Shown piece after piece: positions 20,648 through 30,101 of a DNA stretch of 64,000 bases. The stretch is from a bacterium (GTDB lineage Bacteria; Zhuqueibacterota; Zhuqueibacteria; Residuimicrobiales; Krinioviventaceae), in the NCBI GenBank assembly GCA_963693055.1, contig OY843751.1, forward strand, positions 6,368,001-6,432,000. Reading direction: 5' to 3'. How positions within the stretch are numbered: the first letter of the stretch is position 1; the number at the start of each line of letters is the position of its first letter. The translations under genes were made by a program, and so were the position numbers. Below the pieces are notes generated by a model. It was not told the origin of the DNA. It saw nothing but the letters and a program-made list of their open reading frames with translations, and searched no databases.

Positions 20648-21016
20648 TTATTTTTCAACAGATTCTATTACATCTGTCAAATCCCCAAGGGTGACCGGTT
20701 TTACCAGGTAGCTGAGCGGGTTTAATTTTTGCGCGCGCTGTCTTGAGGACTTGTCATCGTATCCTGACATGAAAATGATGGGAAGATTTTGTGATGTTTT
20801 GATTTGTTCAGCGGCTTCAATGCCGTCTATGTTTCCAGCCAAACGAATATCCATCAGAATTAAATCGGGTTTGTTGCTTTCTGCAAAAGAAACCGCCTGT
20901 TCACCGGTAGACAAAATGTTGCATACTTTATATCCGGCTCTTTCAAGTTCAAGGCGCAGACTCATTGCAGTAAACGCCTCGTCTTCAACAATCAGGATGT
21001 TAGGAATAGCACTCAT
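20648..21016 (-). CDS. Single-domain response regulator (REC)
   Basis: ILIVEDE, PDLILMDI, DGIEAA and YLVKP motifs; immediately downstream of the kinase gene. Confidence 0.93.
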   Translation of the reverse strand: MSAIPNILIVEDEAFTAMSLRLELERAGYKVCNILSTGEQAVSFAESNKPDLILMDIRLAGNIDGIEAAEQIKTSQNLPIIFMSGYDDKSSRQRAQKLNPLSYLVKPVTLGDLTDVIESVEK

Positions 21017-21017
21017 G

Positions 21018-22919
21018 TTAAACCCTCGCTATATTATTTTCATCATTGAATATAATATGACAGGTTGTTCCATTGTCTGAACTGAATTGGATTTTGCCTT
21101 TGAGTTGATGTTCAGTAATTGTGATAATGGTTTGTAAGCCTAAAGATTTTTGTGTTCTAAAATTAAAGTTCTGTGGAACACCAATGCCATTGTCCATAAA
21201 GAATAATTCAACAGCGCCATCATTGTTAGTGAAAAGTTTTATGGTAATGGTTCCCGTTGTTTTATCGGGAAAGGCGTGTTTGAGTGTATTAGACAAGAGT
21301 TCATTTACAATCAAACCACAGGGAATAGCTGTATCGATCAGAACAATAACATCCTCCAATTGCAAATCCAATTGGATATTTATATGAGGTGAATGAAAGC
21401 TTTGGACGACGAGGTCTGTGAGTTCCTGAAAATATTCTGCCAGATTGATTTTTGACAGATCTTTGGATTGATACAACTTTTGATGTACCAGAGCCATTGC
21501 CTGAATTTTATTTTCAGTATCTTGAAAAATAGATTCCAGTTCTTCGTTTTGTGAATAGGCCCTTTGTAAAGAAATGATGGAACGTATAACCTGCATGTTG
21601 TTTTTTGTTCGATGATAGAGCTCGCGTAACAGGGTCTCTTTTTCTTTTAGTGCGGATTTTATCTGTTCTTCTGCTTGTTTGCGTTCGGTTATATCTTCCT
21701 GAACAATGATACCAATTGTACCATGGAGTGAGTGATTAAATGCAGAAATTTTCGTTTGTGCCCAGAATTGAGAACCGTCTTTTCGAATACTGAGCAATAC
21801 ATCTTCCCATTCTCCCACAGATAAAAGCTTTTGATTAATTTCAAGAGCGATTTCTTTTGGTGTTTTATTTTGATTTGAAGCGATAATTGTGCAAAATCCT
21901 TGATCTACCAATTCAGATTTTTGATAACCATACATTTTTTCGGATGCGGTGTTCATGTATAAAAATGTATTATCCTGGGTTTTTATAATATGAACACCTT
22001 CAAGCATATTGTCTAATGCCTGTTTATGGAGAAGGAGATCTTCCTGGGCTAAATGTAGTTCGTGTATCTTTAGTTTTAATTCTGAATTGGCTTTTTCTAA
22101 TTCAATAGTACGGTGGAATATTTTATCTTCAAGGTCTTTATGAGAAACTTGAAGTTTTTCGGTCATTTGGTTAAAGGCGGTTGCAAGCAATCCGGTTTCA
22201 TCTTTGGATTGAATGTCTATTCTTTTTTTCAGGTTACCGGAACTGATCTCCATAACCGCATTCATCAAAGTGGTTAATGGTTGGGTTATGCTAAATGTGA
22301 GCAGCACAACGAAAAGAGAGCCGGCAAGCAAAACAAGTATAGCCAGTGTATAGGTAATGCTTAATGAATGGGATCTTCTTACCAACGCTTCATTGTAAAA
22401 TGAAAATGCTTTGTTTTGGGCAAAGTTATTCAGGTCCTGCATGGCGGATTCCAGTTTGAAAACGTGTTGAGCGCCTTTATGTTTAGTGATCATGGCGGCT
22501 TGCTGATTTTTACCCTGATCCATCAAAGTGATTACAGAATCTCGGATAGGTTTCCATTGGGTAAACAGATCTCGGGCATGTAAATACATTGTACTATCGC
22601 CCAGAAATCGCTCCTGAATGATTTCAAAATCTTTATAAACCATGGATTCATATTGATTGACCAGGTTTACAGCCTGGTCAATTTCTGTCTGGTTTTGCGA
22701 CAATGCAACATCTTTCATAGAACGATGAATGCGGGTGATATTGTATTCAATTCTAAGAACAGCATTGCTTACAGTTAATGGATGTTTGTACATAAGACTG
22801 GTAAGATTGGATAGCACACCCATTTGATGTACGGTAAAGAAATAGACAAAAATAAACAAAAGCAGGATAATAATAAATCCCAACCCAATGCGTAAACCAA
22901 TGTTGATATTTTTAAACAT
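21018..22919 (-). CDS. Sensor histidine kinase (4-helix-bundle sensor, HAMP, PAS, HisKA_2, HATPase_c)
   Basis: Two TMs; HAMP (ITQPL...DETGLLATAFNQM); ELYHRTKNNMQ; ELLSNTLKHAF; DNGIG; SLGL. Confidence 0.92.
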   Translation of the reverse strand: MFKNINIGLRIGLGFIIILLLFIFVYFFTVHQMGVLSNLTSLMYKHPLTVSNAVLRIEYNITRIHRSMKDVALSQNQTEIDQAVNLVNQYESMVYKDFEIIQERFLGDSTMYLHARDLFTQWKPIRDSVITLMDQGKNQQAAMITKHKGAQHVFKLESAMQDLNNFAQNKAFSFYNEALVRRSHSLSITYTLAILVLLAGSLFVVLLTFSITQPLTTLMNAVMEISSGNLKKRIDIQSKDETGLLATAFNQMTEKLQVSHKDLEDKIFHRTIELEKANSELKLKIHELHLAQEDLLLHKQALDNMLEGVHIIKTQDNTFLYMNTASEKMYGYQKSELVDQGFCTIIASNQNKTPKEIALEINQKLLSVGEWEDVLLSIRKDGSQFWAQTKISAFNHSLHGTIGIIVQEDITERKQAEEQIKSALKEKETLLRELYHRTKNNMQVIRSIISLQRAYSQNEELESIFQDTENKIQAMALVHQKLYQSKDLSKINLAEYFQELTDLVVQSFHSPHINIQLDLQLEDVIVLIDTAIPCGLIVNELLSNTLKHAFPDKTTGTITIKLFTNNDGAVELFFMDNGIGVPQNFNFRTQKSLGLQTIITITEHQLKGKIQFSSDNGTTCHIIFNDENNIARV

Positions 22920-23038
22920 TTAAATGATTTGTCCCTGTGGTGAAAAGAGTCTATGTCATACAACAAATCTTTGTATCAATTATTTCAATAATTTTTATTT
23001 TAGGCAATTAAAAGCGAAAAAATAGGAAAAAATTATCT

Positions 23039-24586
23039 TTATGCTGGAAAAGTATCAGAAATGTTTTTCCATTGGACATTGATTTTGCCGCAGGCATATT
23101 CCATCTCGCGTGTATAGTCTCCACAAGCCATCATCCAGTGAAAGCCGCGGTGGTCTGCTAACAGCTTTTTCCAGTTGCCATCAATTTTAATATCGTATTG
23201 TGAACGGCAAATGTCATAGAATGGATTTTCTTCAATTGTCCCTGTGAATCCCAACCACTCTTTTTGTCCGCTGTCAGGGCATACCATGGTTATAGGGGTG
23301 CCAATTGGCAATTCTACTTTTGGGGTAGCGCCGTAATCGGATTCGAAATGGGTAACCACTTTGGCTAACGCATAGTTTTTGCCATCCATACGTCTGGGTG
23401 CAGTACAATGCGCTGCTGTGACCATACCATGATGCGGGTAGGTGGGATCGTTTAAAAAGACCGGTTTGCCTGCCAGATAATACAATAAAACTCCGGAGGG
23501 TATTACGTTAAAATCTGATTCGCAAAATGCCATTGCGCCTTCGTCATTGAGCAGGCTGAGCGGTAGACAGGCTGTTGTTTCTGCCATGGGTATGACGGTA
23601 CCCATGCAGCTTTTTATTGTAAACGCGTTTGCATTGTGCTCCTCCAGCAAATCCTTGAAAATAGAGTAAAGCACAAATGCGTTCACAATAAATTGTTTTT
23701 CTGTATGCAAAGTTGTATCTAACATGCTCAGATACGTATTTGTCCATTTTTCAGCTTTGCCCAACAAAGATTTGTTGGTTCTGGCGGATTGGATCCGTTT
23801 TGCCAGATCCTCATATTCTACGGTGTGAATATTGAAATTAAATTTTTCCTGAGATACGGAAGGAGCCAGAGGACAGCACCAACCGCCGCTGCCACCCAGG
23901 GCAACAACTGTTTGTCCCATAAAATTTTTAACAGCATATAATCCGCGGAGTTTATAAAATAATTCATCATAATCGTCTACAACAATGTCATGAATGTCCA
24001 TACCCGCGGGATTTCGGTATTCGTCAAGTTCAAATTCTTTACCACCCTTGCGTAGGAACCGATTGTGGATGATCTCGTACCAGAGATAAACAGGACCGGA
24101 ACGATGTCTGATGAATATAAGGTTATTTCGTTTCTCGGAGACTATGGCTTCAAGCATGCTGGTATCACCGGCTGCAGCATATACTATGGGAACATCATAG
24201 TCATTTGATTTTTCAAACGCTATTGCTTTTTCAAGCGAATTGACTTTGATCAGTGGAAGAATTTCAAGAGCATCTGACTTTTTTTCAAGTTCGTTGAGTT
24301 CTTTGATAATTCGAGTTGCTTCAATTGCCACATCTTTTTCGGTGTGCAAACCTCCCCATGGACGCCATGAAACCTGGGGTTTTCGGGTTGAAATGGAATA
24401 GAGCAAAACCGGTTGCACACGTAATTTTTGAGCGTTAACCTGGAATGGTTTTTCGGGATCCCATTCATGGAGTGTACTGCCTGCGGACAGTGAGGGCGCT
24501 ATCATACCGGCTGCGGCTAATCCCATAGCGGAAAGCCCCATAAAATCCCTACGATTGATTTTAAATTGATTGCATTCACAACACAT
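23039..24586 (-). CDS. L-fucose/L-arabinose isomerase-family protein with Tat signal
   Basis: NRRDFMG twin-arginine; TIKSCM, ACLPLSLLND, CESD, AHCTAP, THFESDYG, CRSQ and GFHW motifs. Confidence 0.75.
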   Translation of the reverse strand: MCCECNQFKINRRDFMGLSAMGLAAAGMIAPSLSAGSTLHEWDPEKPFQVNAQKLRVQPVLLYSISTRKPQVSWRPWGGLHTEKDVAIEATRIIKELNELEKKSDALEILPLIKVNSLEKAIAFEKSNDYDVPIVYAAAGDTSMLEAIVSEKRNNLIFIRHRSGPVYLWYEIIHNRFLRKGGKEFELDEYRNPAGMDIHDIVVDDYDELFYKLRGLYAVKNFMGQTVVALGGSGGWCCPLAPSVSQEKFNFNIHTVEYEDLAKRIQSARTNKSLLGKAEKWTNTYLSMLDTTLHTEKQFIVNAFVLYSIFKDLLEEHNANAFTIKSCMGTVIPMAETTACLPLSLLNDEGAMAFCESDFNVIPSGVLLYYLAGKPVFLNDPTYPHHGMVTAAHCTAPRRMDGKNYALAKVVTHFESDYGATPKVELPIGTPITMVCPDSGQKEWLGFTGTIEENPFYDICRSQYDIKIDGNWKKLLADHRGFHWMMACGDYTREMEYACGKINVQWKNISDTFPA

Positions 24587-24692
24587 TGCTATCTCCCTGA
24601 TTGTATATGAATTGATTAAATTAAATCAAAATAATAGTTCAGGACCGGGGTCAAGTGCGTGCAGGGATATGTCTGGAGAGTGGTCCTTTTGA

Positions 24693-24721
24693 ATAATATT
24701 CATCATTCAATAGATATGCAA
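24693..24721 (-). promoter_or_regulatory. Sigma70-like promoter for the isomerase gene
   Basis: TTGCAT-17 bp-TATTAT on the minus strand. Confidence 0.5.
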
Positions 24722-24772
24722 GTAAATAATTTTATGATCAAGTTTGGAGCAGTTTTGATTCTATATTTGAGA

Positions 24773-25471
24773 TTATTTGATTATATCTTTGTAATGTTTT
24801 TCAATGCAATCGGGACATAATCCATGACTAAATTTAGTATCGGTATGTTTTGAAAAATAAGCTTCTACTGTTTCCCAATAGCCTTTATCGTCTTTAATTT
24901 TTTTGCAGTAAGAGCAGATGGGGGTAATTTCTCTTAATGATTGGATTTCGGTAAGATACTCTGCGAGGTTTTTATTTTTAACACCCAGTTCATGATTCAT
25001 GAACAGTAATAACAAATTTGTTTCAAGTATCTCGCGGAATTTTATCATCAATTGCTCAATTGTATTCGAATACGAGTTGGCTTTATTATCCAAAACACAA
25101 AGTGTTCCGAAAATCATACCGTTGGGCCAATAAACTGGAAACCCTAGGTATGAGATCATGTTGTGTTTAATATCCGGGTTGTTTTTCCATTTTTCATCCA
25201 AAAGGGCGTTGGGTATAAGCAGTTTGTTTCTGTTTTTGATTACTGTTTCGCAATACAAGCCTGAACTTTCCAGCGGTTCTCTTTCACCCGGTTCGTAAGG
25301 ATTGTTTTTACTCTTGCTGGACATGAAAACTTTGAGATCTTTACCAACGATTCTCATAACCAGTGCTGCGGGTATGTCTAAGATTTCGGCAAGTATGTCT
25401 ACAATGCTTTGCCAGCGCTCAATAATGTCTTGAGATATTTCTATGTTTGTGAGAGATGGATGCCTTTTCAA
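24773..25471 (-). CDS. GAF domain protein with C-terminal Cys/His zinc-ribbon
   Basis: GLYCETV...YLGFPVYWPNG...GTLCVLD GAF domain; C-terminal PICSYCKKIKDDKGYW...SHGLCPDC. Confidence 0.85.
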   Translation of the reverse strand: MKRHPSLTNIEISQDIIERWQSIVDILAEILDIPAALVMRIVGKDLKVFMSSKSKNNPYEPGEREPLESSGLYCETVIKNRNKLLIPNALLDEKWKNNPDIKHNMISYLGFPVYWPNGMIFGTLCVLDNKANSYSNTIEQLMIKFREILETNLLLLFMNHELGVKNKNLAEYLTEIQSLREITPICSYCKKIKDDKGYWETVEAYFSKHTDTKFSHGLCPDCIEKHYKDIIK

Positions 25472-25507
25472 AACAGACCCACTTTTTAAAAGAGTTGATT
25501 AATGTTT

Positions 25508-26212
25508 TTATTGTTTTATTAATTGTATAGCCGTTTCAGCAAAAGCTTTACCCAGCTGTTTATAACCTTCCAATGTATAGTGAATGTCATTTTCAGGACC
25601 GTTAAACTCGTCTGTGTCTACCCATTGCCAGTGGAAATTCTCGCTGGCTGTTTTTTCCTGGGCTTCCCGGACCAGGATCTAGTGTGGATATTTGCTGTTT
25701 TCCATATCAAAATCACTCAAACGCCCAATTACAACGTTAATGTCAGTACGCTCCAAGTCCGTTTCCAACTGTTTGATTAATCCTTTTAGGCTTGAAGCAT
25801 AGACCTCTCCATGACCTTCTCGAGCATCACGTTCACCCTGCATCCATAAAAATGTGATGGAAACGGGTTTAATATTATTGATTTTTTCATTGATCTTGAC
25901 CAAGAGGCTGTCGTACAAATCACCTGTTGCAACCGGTATTTGTTCGCCGGAAGTAAACCGGTTAGGATGGGGCTCCCAGTTTTTATACCATCTTCGTATG
26001 GGTTGTCCTGCCAGTGCGTCTTTGATTACAATGACAGATTCGGGCTTGAGGGCATTTTTTACTGCAGGAGTAAATGATAGATCCGGGTCAAGTCTTGCCA
26101 TGTTGGACTGACCGGAAAGTATAAAAACATGCGTTTTTTGTGTAGGGTCTGCGCATTGTAAAATGGAAAGGCAAAAAATACTTGTGATCAGAAGTTTAGA
26201 AAAATACATCAT
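25508..26212 (-). pseudogene. SGNH/SASA-family (sialate O-acetylesterase/CE6-like) esterase with internal TAG
   Basis: ILSGQSNM and WMQGE motifs. The frame continues after TAG at 25679-25681 as YPH*ILVREAQ...WVDTDEFNGPENDIHYTLEGYKQLG...IKQ* to 25508. Confidence 0.8.
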
Positions 26213-26250
26213 TTACTCGATATTAAGTGTATTGGATGTGGTAATGAATT

Positions 26251-26964
26251 TTAATGGTCTTTTAAAGGATTCCATTCTTTCCAGACATTGCCTACCAATG
26301 CAGGACCTGGTTTTAGCACTTTTTTACCTGGTGTCCAACCCGCTGGGCAAACTTCCGCACCCTTGGTTGAACGAACATGTTGATAGGCTTGAATTTGTCT
26401 GATGGTTTCAGAAAGCTGTCGGCCAACCGGTGGTGTAAGCACTTCCATTGCCTGAATTACACCATCCGGATCTATAATGAAACGTCCCCGTAATTCAACA
26501 CCAGCTACCGGATCGTAAACACCATAAACGGTTCCTACGTTACCGGGGCCATCAGAGGCCATATGAAAGGGTACATCTCTTCCAGCCATTTTTGCAAGTT
26601 CTTGATCATTCCAAACTTTGTGTACAAATTGACTGTCTACACTTACTGATATAACTTCAACGCCTAATTCTTGTAATTTATCATAATTGGCAGCGACCGC
26701 TGACACTTCGGTCGCTCAAACAAAGGTGAAATCACCCGGGTAAAAACAAACCATTACCCATTTACCTAAGAAATCGGACAATTTTACAGTCGTAAATTTG
26801 CCGCGATAATAAGCTGGTGCCTCAAAATCGGGGGCTTTGGCGCCCACTTTGGCAGTAACCATTGTTGACTCCTTTTCAATTTTAGTTTCTGTTTTTGTTT
26901 CACTGGCCGGCTCGCCAACAGATGCGCCGGTTGGTCTGGCACAGCCTGCTTGTTTTTCTGACAT
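26251..26964 (-). CDS. prxU: Selenocysteine-containing peroxiredoxin (AhpC/PrxU type); joins the two track ORFs 26716-26964 and 26251-26706
   Basis: [10 protein letters not shown](TGA 26716-26718)-ATEVSAV at the peroxidatic position. The frame continues to [10 protein letters not shown]...EVCPAGW. Hairpin directly after the UGA. Confidence 0.92.
26692..26718 (-). promoter_or_regulatory. Putative bacterial SECIS element
   Basis: UG-AGCGACCG-AAGUGUCAG-CGGUCGCU: a perfect 8-bp stem beginning at the UGA. Confidence 0.75.
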
Positions 26965-27022
26965 TTTATAGCTCCTTTCAAGATTACCACATCCAATACA
27001 AAGAGATATTTTTGTCTATTTA

Positions 27023-27051
27023 ATGATATAAAAGAAGTGATTACAAAGCAA
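27023..27051 (-). promoter_or_regulatory. Sigma70-like promoter for the peroxiredoxin
   Basis: TTGCTT-17 bp-TATCAT on the minus strand. Confidence 0.5.
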
Positions 27052-27080
27052 GTAAAAATGATTGAAAAATTATTTTTGGG

Positions 27081-27109
27081 TTGACAGATGGAGTAAAATG
27101 TGTTATATT
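27081..27109 (+). promoter_or_regulatory. Sigma70 promoter of the fur-family gene
   Basis: TTGACA-17 bp-TATATT with extended -10 TGn. Confidence 0.75.
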
Positions 27110-27128
27110 GATAATGGAAATCATTTTC
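27110..27128 (+). promoter_or_regulatory. Fur box
   Basis: GATAATGGAAATCATTTTC matches 16/19 of GATAATGATAATCATTATC and lies immediately after the -10. Confidence 0.75.
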
Positions 27129-27157
27129 AATAAGGATTATAAAATTTAGGTGATATT

Positions 27158-27619
27158 ATGAGAAACAGAGGGCCCTGGTGGCAAAAACGATTAGATGACT
27201 TTGGCTTTCGTTCAACAATGCCCCGTAAGGTGATAATGGATATTTTAAGACAAACAATGGACCATTTGAGCGCAGAAGATATCTATCTAAAAGCGGTAAA
27301 TATGAATCCTTCCATAGGATTAACCACGGTATATCGTACTCTGGATTTGTTTTACCAGATTGGAGTTGTGCAGAGATTTGATTTTGGTGATGGTAAAGCC
27401 CGATACGAGTTGATCAGCAATCCGAATAAAAAAGAGCATCACCATCATCTTGTTTGTGTAAAATGTAGAAATATTATTGATTATAGCGATTTTGTTCATG
27501 AAGAACAAGAGTTGATGGATAAAACAGAACAGGGTTTATCACAAAAGCACGACTTTGATATATTTCATCATATCATACATTTTTATGGAATTTGTAAGGA
27601 ATGTAAAGAAATAGAATAA
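27158..27619 (+). CDS. fur: Fur-family transcriptional regulator
   Basis: HLSAEDIY, IGLTTVYRTL, HHHHLVCVKC and GICKEC motifs. Confidence 0.93.
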   Translation: MRNRGPWWQKRLDDFGFRSTMPRKVIMDILRQTMDHLSAEDIYLKAVNMNPSIGLTTVYRTLDLFYQIGVVQRFDFGDGKARYELISNPNKKEHHHHLVCVKCRNIIDYSDFVHEEQELMDKTEQGLSQKHDFDIFHHIIHFYGICKECKEIE

Positions 27620-27638
27620 AAAAATTTTTACCATTATT

Positions 27639-27657
27639 GATAATGATTGTCATTTTT
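27639..27657 (+). promoter_or_regulatory. Second Fur box, upstream of the DUF5320 gene
   Basis: GATAATGATTGTCATTTTT matches 15/19 of the consensus. Confidence 0.65.
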
Positions 27658-27691
27658 AATAAACCCAAATAATTGAAAGGAGGTGAATGAT

Positions 27692-28051
27692 ATGCCTTTT
27701 GGAGATAAAACAGGACCTGCCGGAATGGGACCCATGACTGGTAGAGGAGCCGGTTATTGTACAGGATCTTCTTCACCCGGCTATTCGAAATTCGGTGGAA
27801 GACGAGGCGGCGGCATGGGTATGGGCCGCGGTGGTGGTAGAGGTCATCGAAACATGTATTATGCAACCGGCCAAACCGGCTGGCAGCGAACCGGCTATAA
27901 TACCGGAATGGAGAATACTCAGGCAGCACCAGAGAAAATGGATCCTGATATTGAGCTTGAAATGTTGACAAGCCAGACAGCATCTCTCGAGAAAACGCTT
28001 AAAAGTATTAACAAGCGTATTAACGAGTTAAAAGAAAACAAACAGGATTAA
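27692..28051 (+). CDS. DUF5320-family Gly/Arg-rich protein with C-terminal coiled coil
   Basis: MPFGDKTGPAGMGPMTGRGAGYC signature, GGRG repeats, YYATGQTGWQR; AGGAGG RBS. Confidence 0.85.
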   Translation: MPFGDKTGPAGMGPMTGRGAGYCTGSSSPGYSKFGGRRGGGMGMGRGGGRGHRNMYYATGQTGWQRTGYNTGMENTQAAPEKMDPDIELEMLTSQTASLEKTLKSINKRINELKENKQD

Positions 28052-28061
28052 GAATAATCCT

Positions 28062-28096
28062 TCTCTGTCGGTAAAAAATTGTTTTACCGACAGAGA
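28062..28096 (+). terminator. Strong intergenic hairpin (terminator or stabiliser)
   Basis: TCTCTGTCGGTAAAA-AATTG-TTTTACCGACAGAGA, a perfect 15-bp stem without a long U-tract. Confidence 0.6.
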
Positions 28097-28115
28097 TAAA
28101 TTTTTAAAAATTGTT

Positions 28116-29048
28116 ATGACTATGACATCACATATATTTGGTCCTGTGCCTTCCAGAAGATTGGGTAAATCTTTGGGCATCGATATGGTTCCCTACAAGA
28201 TCTGTTCATTTGATTGTATTTATTGTCAATTAGGCCGAACCACATTTAAGACCATGGAGAGAAAAGCATATATACCCATTGCGTCCATTCTAGAAGAATT
28301 AAAATCTGTATTAAAGCAAAAGAATGATATTGACTATATTACCTTGTCGGGATCAGGAGAACCAACACTGAATGTTGGTATTTCAGAAATGATTACCGGA
28401 ATTAAAAAATTAACATCCATTCCGGTTGCAGTGATCACAAATGGTTCATTGTTGTGGGACAAACAGGTTAGAAGCGAGTTGATGGACGCAGATCTTGTAA
28501 TACCTTCTTTGGATGCGGGGGATGAAGAGCTGTTTCAATTTGTGAACAGGCCCTGTGCTGCCTTGAACTTGAATAAACTGGTAGATGGGCTTTTGACGTT
28601 TTCTCAAGAGTATACACATGCACTCTGGTTGGAGGTTTTATTATTGGGGGGTGTATCTGCCGTGCCTGAGAAAGTTGATAAAATTGCTACTATTTGTAAG
28701 AAAATAAAACACACTAAAATACAGATTAATACCGCCACAAGGCCTGGAGCAGAATCTTTTGCACTGGTTGTTGATACTGACCAATTAAAAGCGTTTGCGG
28801 CTCTTTTCCCGGGTAATGTTGAGGTTATTGGCTCTTTTTCATCCAAAAAAATGACTAATGAACAGCAGCATACTCTCATAGATGTATTGACCTTGCTGGA
28901 AAGAAGACCCTGTACACTGGAAGAAATATCCACTTGTTTGAGTTTACATCCCAATCATGTGATTAAATATATAACTGAATTGACAGTGTCCTGTAAAATT
29001 GAAAAAATTTACAAAAACGGTATCACTTATTTTAGAAAACGATCCTAG
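28116..29048 (+). CDS. Radical SAM protein with C-terminal HTH-like segment
   Basis: FGPVPSRRLGKSLGID, CSFDCIYC, GSGEPTL and ITNGSLL motifs. Confidence 0.9.
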   Translation: MTMTSHIFGPVPSRRLGKSLGIDMVPYKICSFDCIYCQLGRTTFKTMERKAYIPIASILEELKSVLKQKNDIDYITLSGSGEPTLNVGISEMITGIKKLTSIPVAVITNGSLLWDKQVRSELMDADLVIPSLDAGDEELFQFVNRPCAALNLNKLVDGLLTFSQEYTHALWLEVLLLGGVSAVPEKVDKIATICKKIKHTKIQINTATRPGAESFALVVDTDQLKAFAALFPGNVEVIGSFSSKKMTNEQQHTLIDVLTLLERRPCTLEEISTCLSLHPNHVIKYITELTVSCKIEKIYKNGITYFRKRS

Positions 29049-29125
29049 TTGTGAATTAATATGGGGAATTTCCTACAATTGCTTTTTTGTTAATCTATCT
29101 ATGTATAATTAATGGGAGTAATTGT

Positions 29126-29992
29126 ATGAATATGAATAGACGGAAATTTTTAAATATTGCATCTACAGGTGCGGCACTCTTGCCTTTTTCTCCGCTTCTT
29201 TTCGCAGGGCAGCAAAAGAAATATGCCAGTGATATTGTTACGCTGGGGAATACGGGTATTCAGGCATCCCGGTTGGCCATGGGAACAGGTACACATGGTG
29301 TAAACAAGAGTTCAAACCAGACCCGTCAGCTTGGCGTTCGGGGTGTGGCTAAATTACTGGCCTCTGCTTATGAGCAGGGAATTAATTTTTGGGATTCCGC
29401 GGACCAATATGGTACACATCCGCATTTGAATGCGGGATTAAAGCTGGTACCCCGGGAAAAGGTTGTGATTTTGACAAAAAGTCACGCCACCACAGCAAAA
29501 GAAATGCGCTCTGACATTGAACGATTTTTGCGGGAGGTTGGTACCGATTATCTGGATATTGTATTGCTGCACCTGATGACCGAAGCCAACTGGCCGGAAT
29601 TAAAGGCCGGTGCCATGGAAGAGTTGAGCAAAATGCGGGAGGAAGGTTTGGTTAGGGCGCATGGCGTTTCATGCCATACGCTGAATGCGTTGAAAACCGC
29701 ATCGGAAACCGATTGGGTACAGGTTGATCTTGCACGAATTAATCCTGAAGGGGCTCGTATGGATGATACTGTAGATAAAGTGGTCCCTGTTTTACAAAAG
29801 ATGCACGCAAACGGCAAAGCTGTGTTGGGTATGAAAATTTTTGGTGGCGGCAAGTTGACGTCTCAACCGGACGAATGTTTGAAATTTATCCTCAACCAGG
29901 AGTATGTGGACGCGTTTACTATTGGTCAGGAAAATGAAAAAGAGATGCTGGATCTGGTAGCGCGCATCCCCAAAATGAGCATTTCAGCTTGA
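29126..29992 (+). CDS. Aldo/keto reductase with Tat signal
   Basis: NRRKFL; LGNTGIQASRLAMGTG; DSADQYG; DYLDIVLLH; GMKIFG. Confidence 0.88.
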   Translation: MNMNRRKFLNIASTGAALLPFSPLLFAGQQKKYASDIVTLGNTGIQASRLAMGTGTHGVNKSSNQTRQLGVRGVAKLLASAYEQGINFWDSADQYGTHPHLNAGLKLVPREKVVILTKSHATTAKEMRSDIERFLREVGTDYLDIVLLHLMTEANWPELKAGAMEELSKMREEGLVRAHGVSCHTLNALKTASETDWVQVDLARINPEGARMDDTVDKVVPVLQKMHANGKAVLGMKIFGGGKLTSQPDECLKFILNQEYVDAFTIGQENEKEMLDLVARIPKMSISA

Positions 29993-30002
29993 TTCATTTT
30001 TG

Positions 30003-30040
30003 CATTGCTTTGGAGCAAAGTCTTCAAAGCAATGTTTTTT
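30003..30040 (+). terminator. Rho-independent terminator
   Basis: CATTGCTTTGGAG-CAAAGT-CTTCAAAGCAATG followed by a T-tract. Confidence 0.75.
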
Positions 30041-30101
30041 ATCCATTCCCCTCAAAACAAAATTCTTGTTTTCCCGCTTTTGAAATGTTATTTTTTTAAA
30101 T

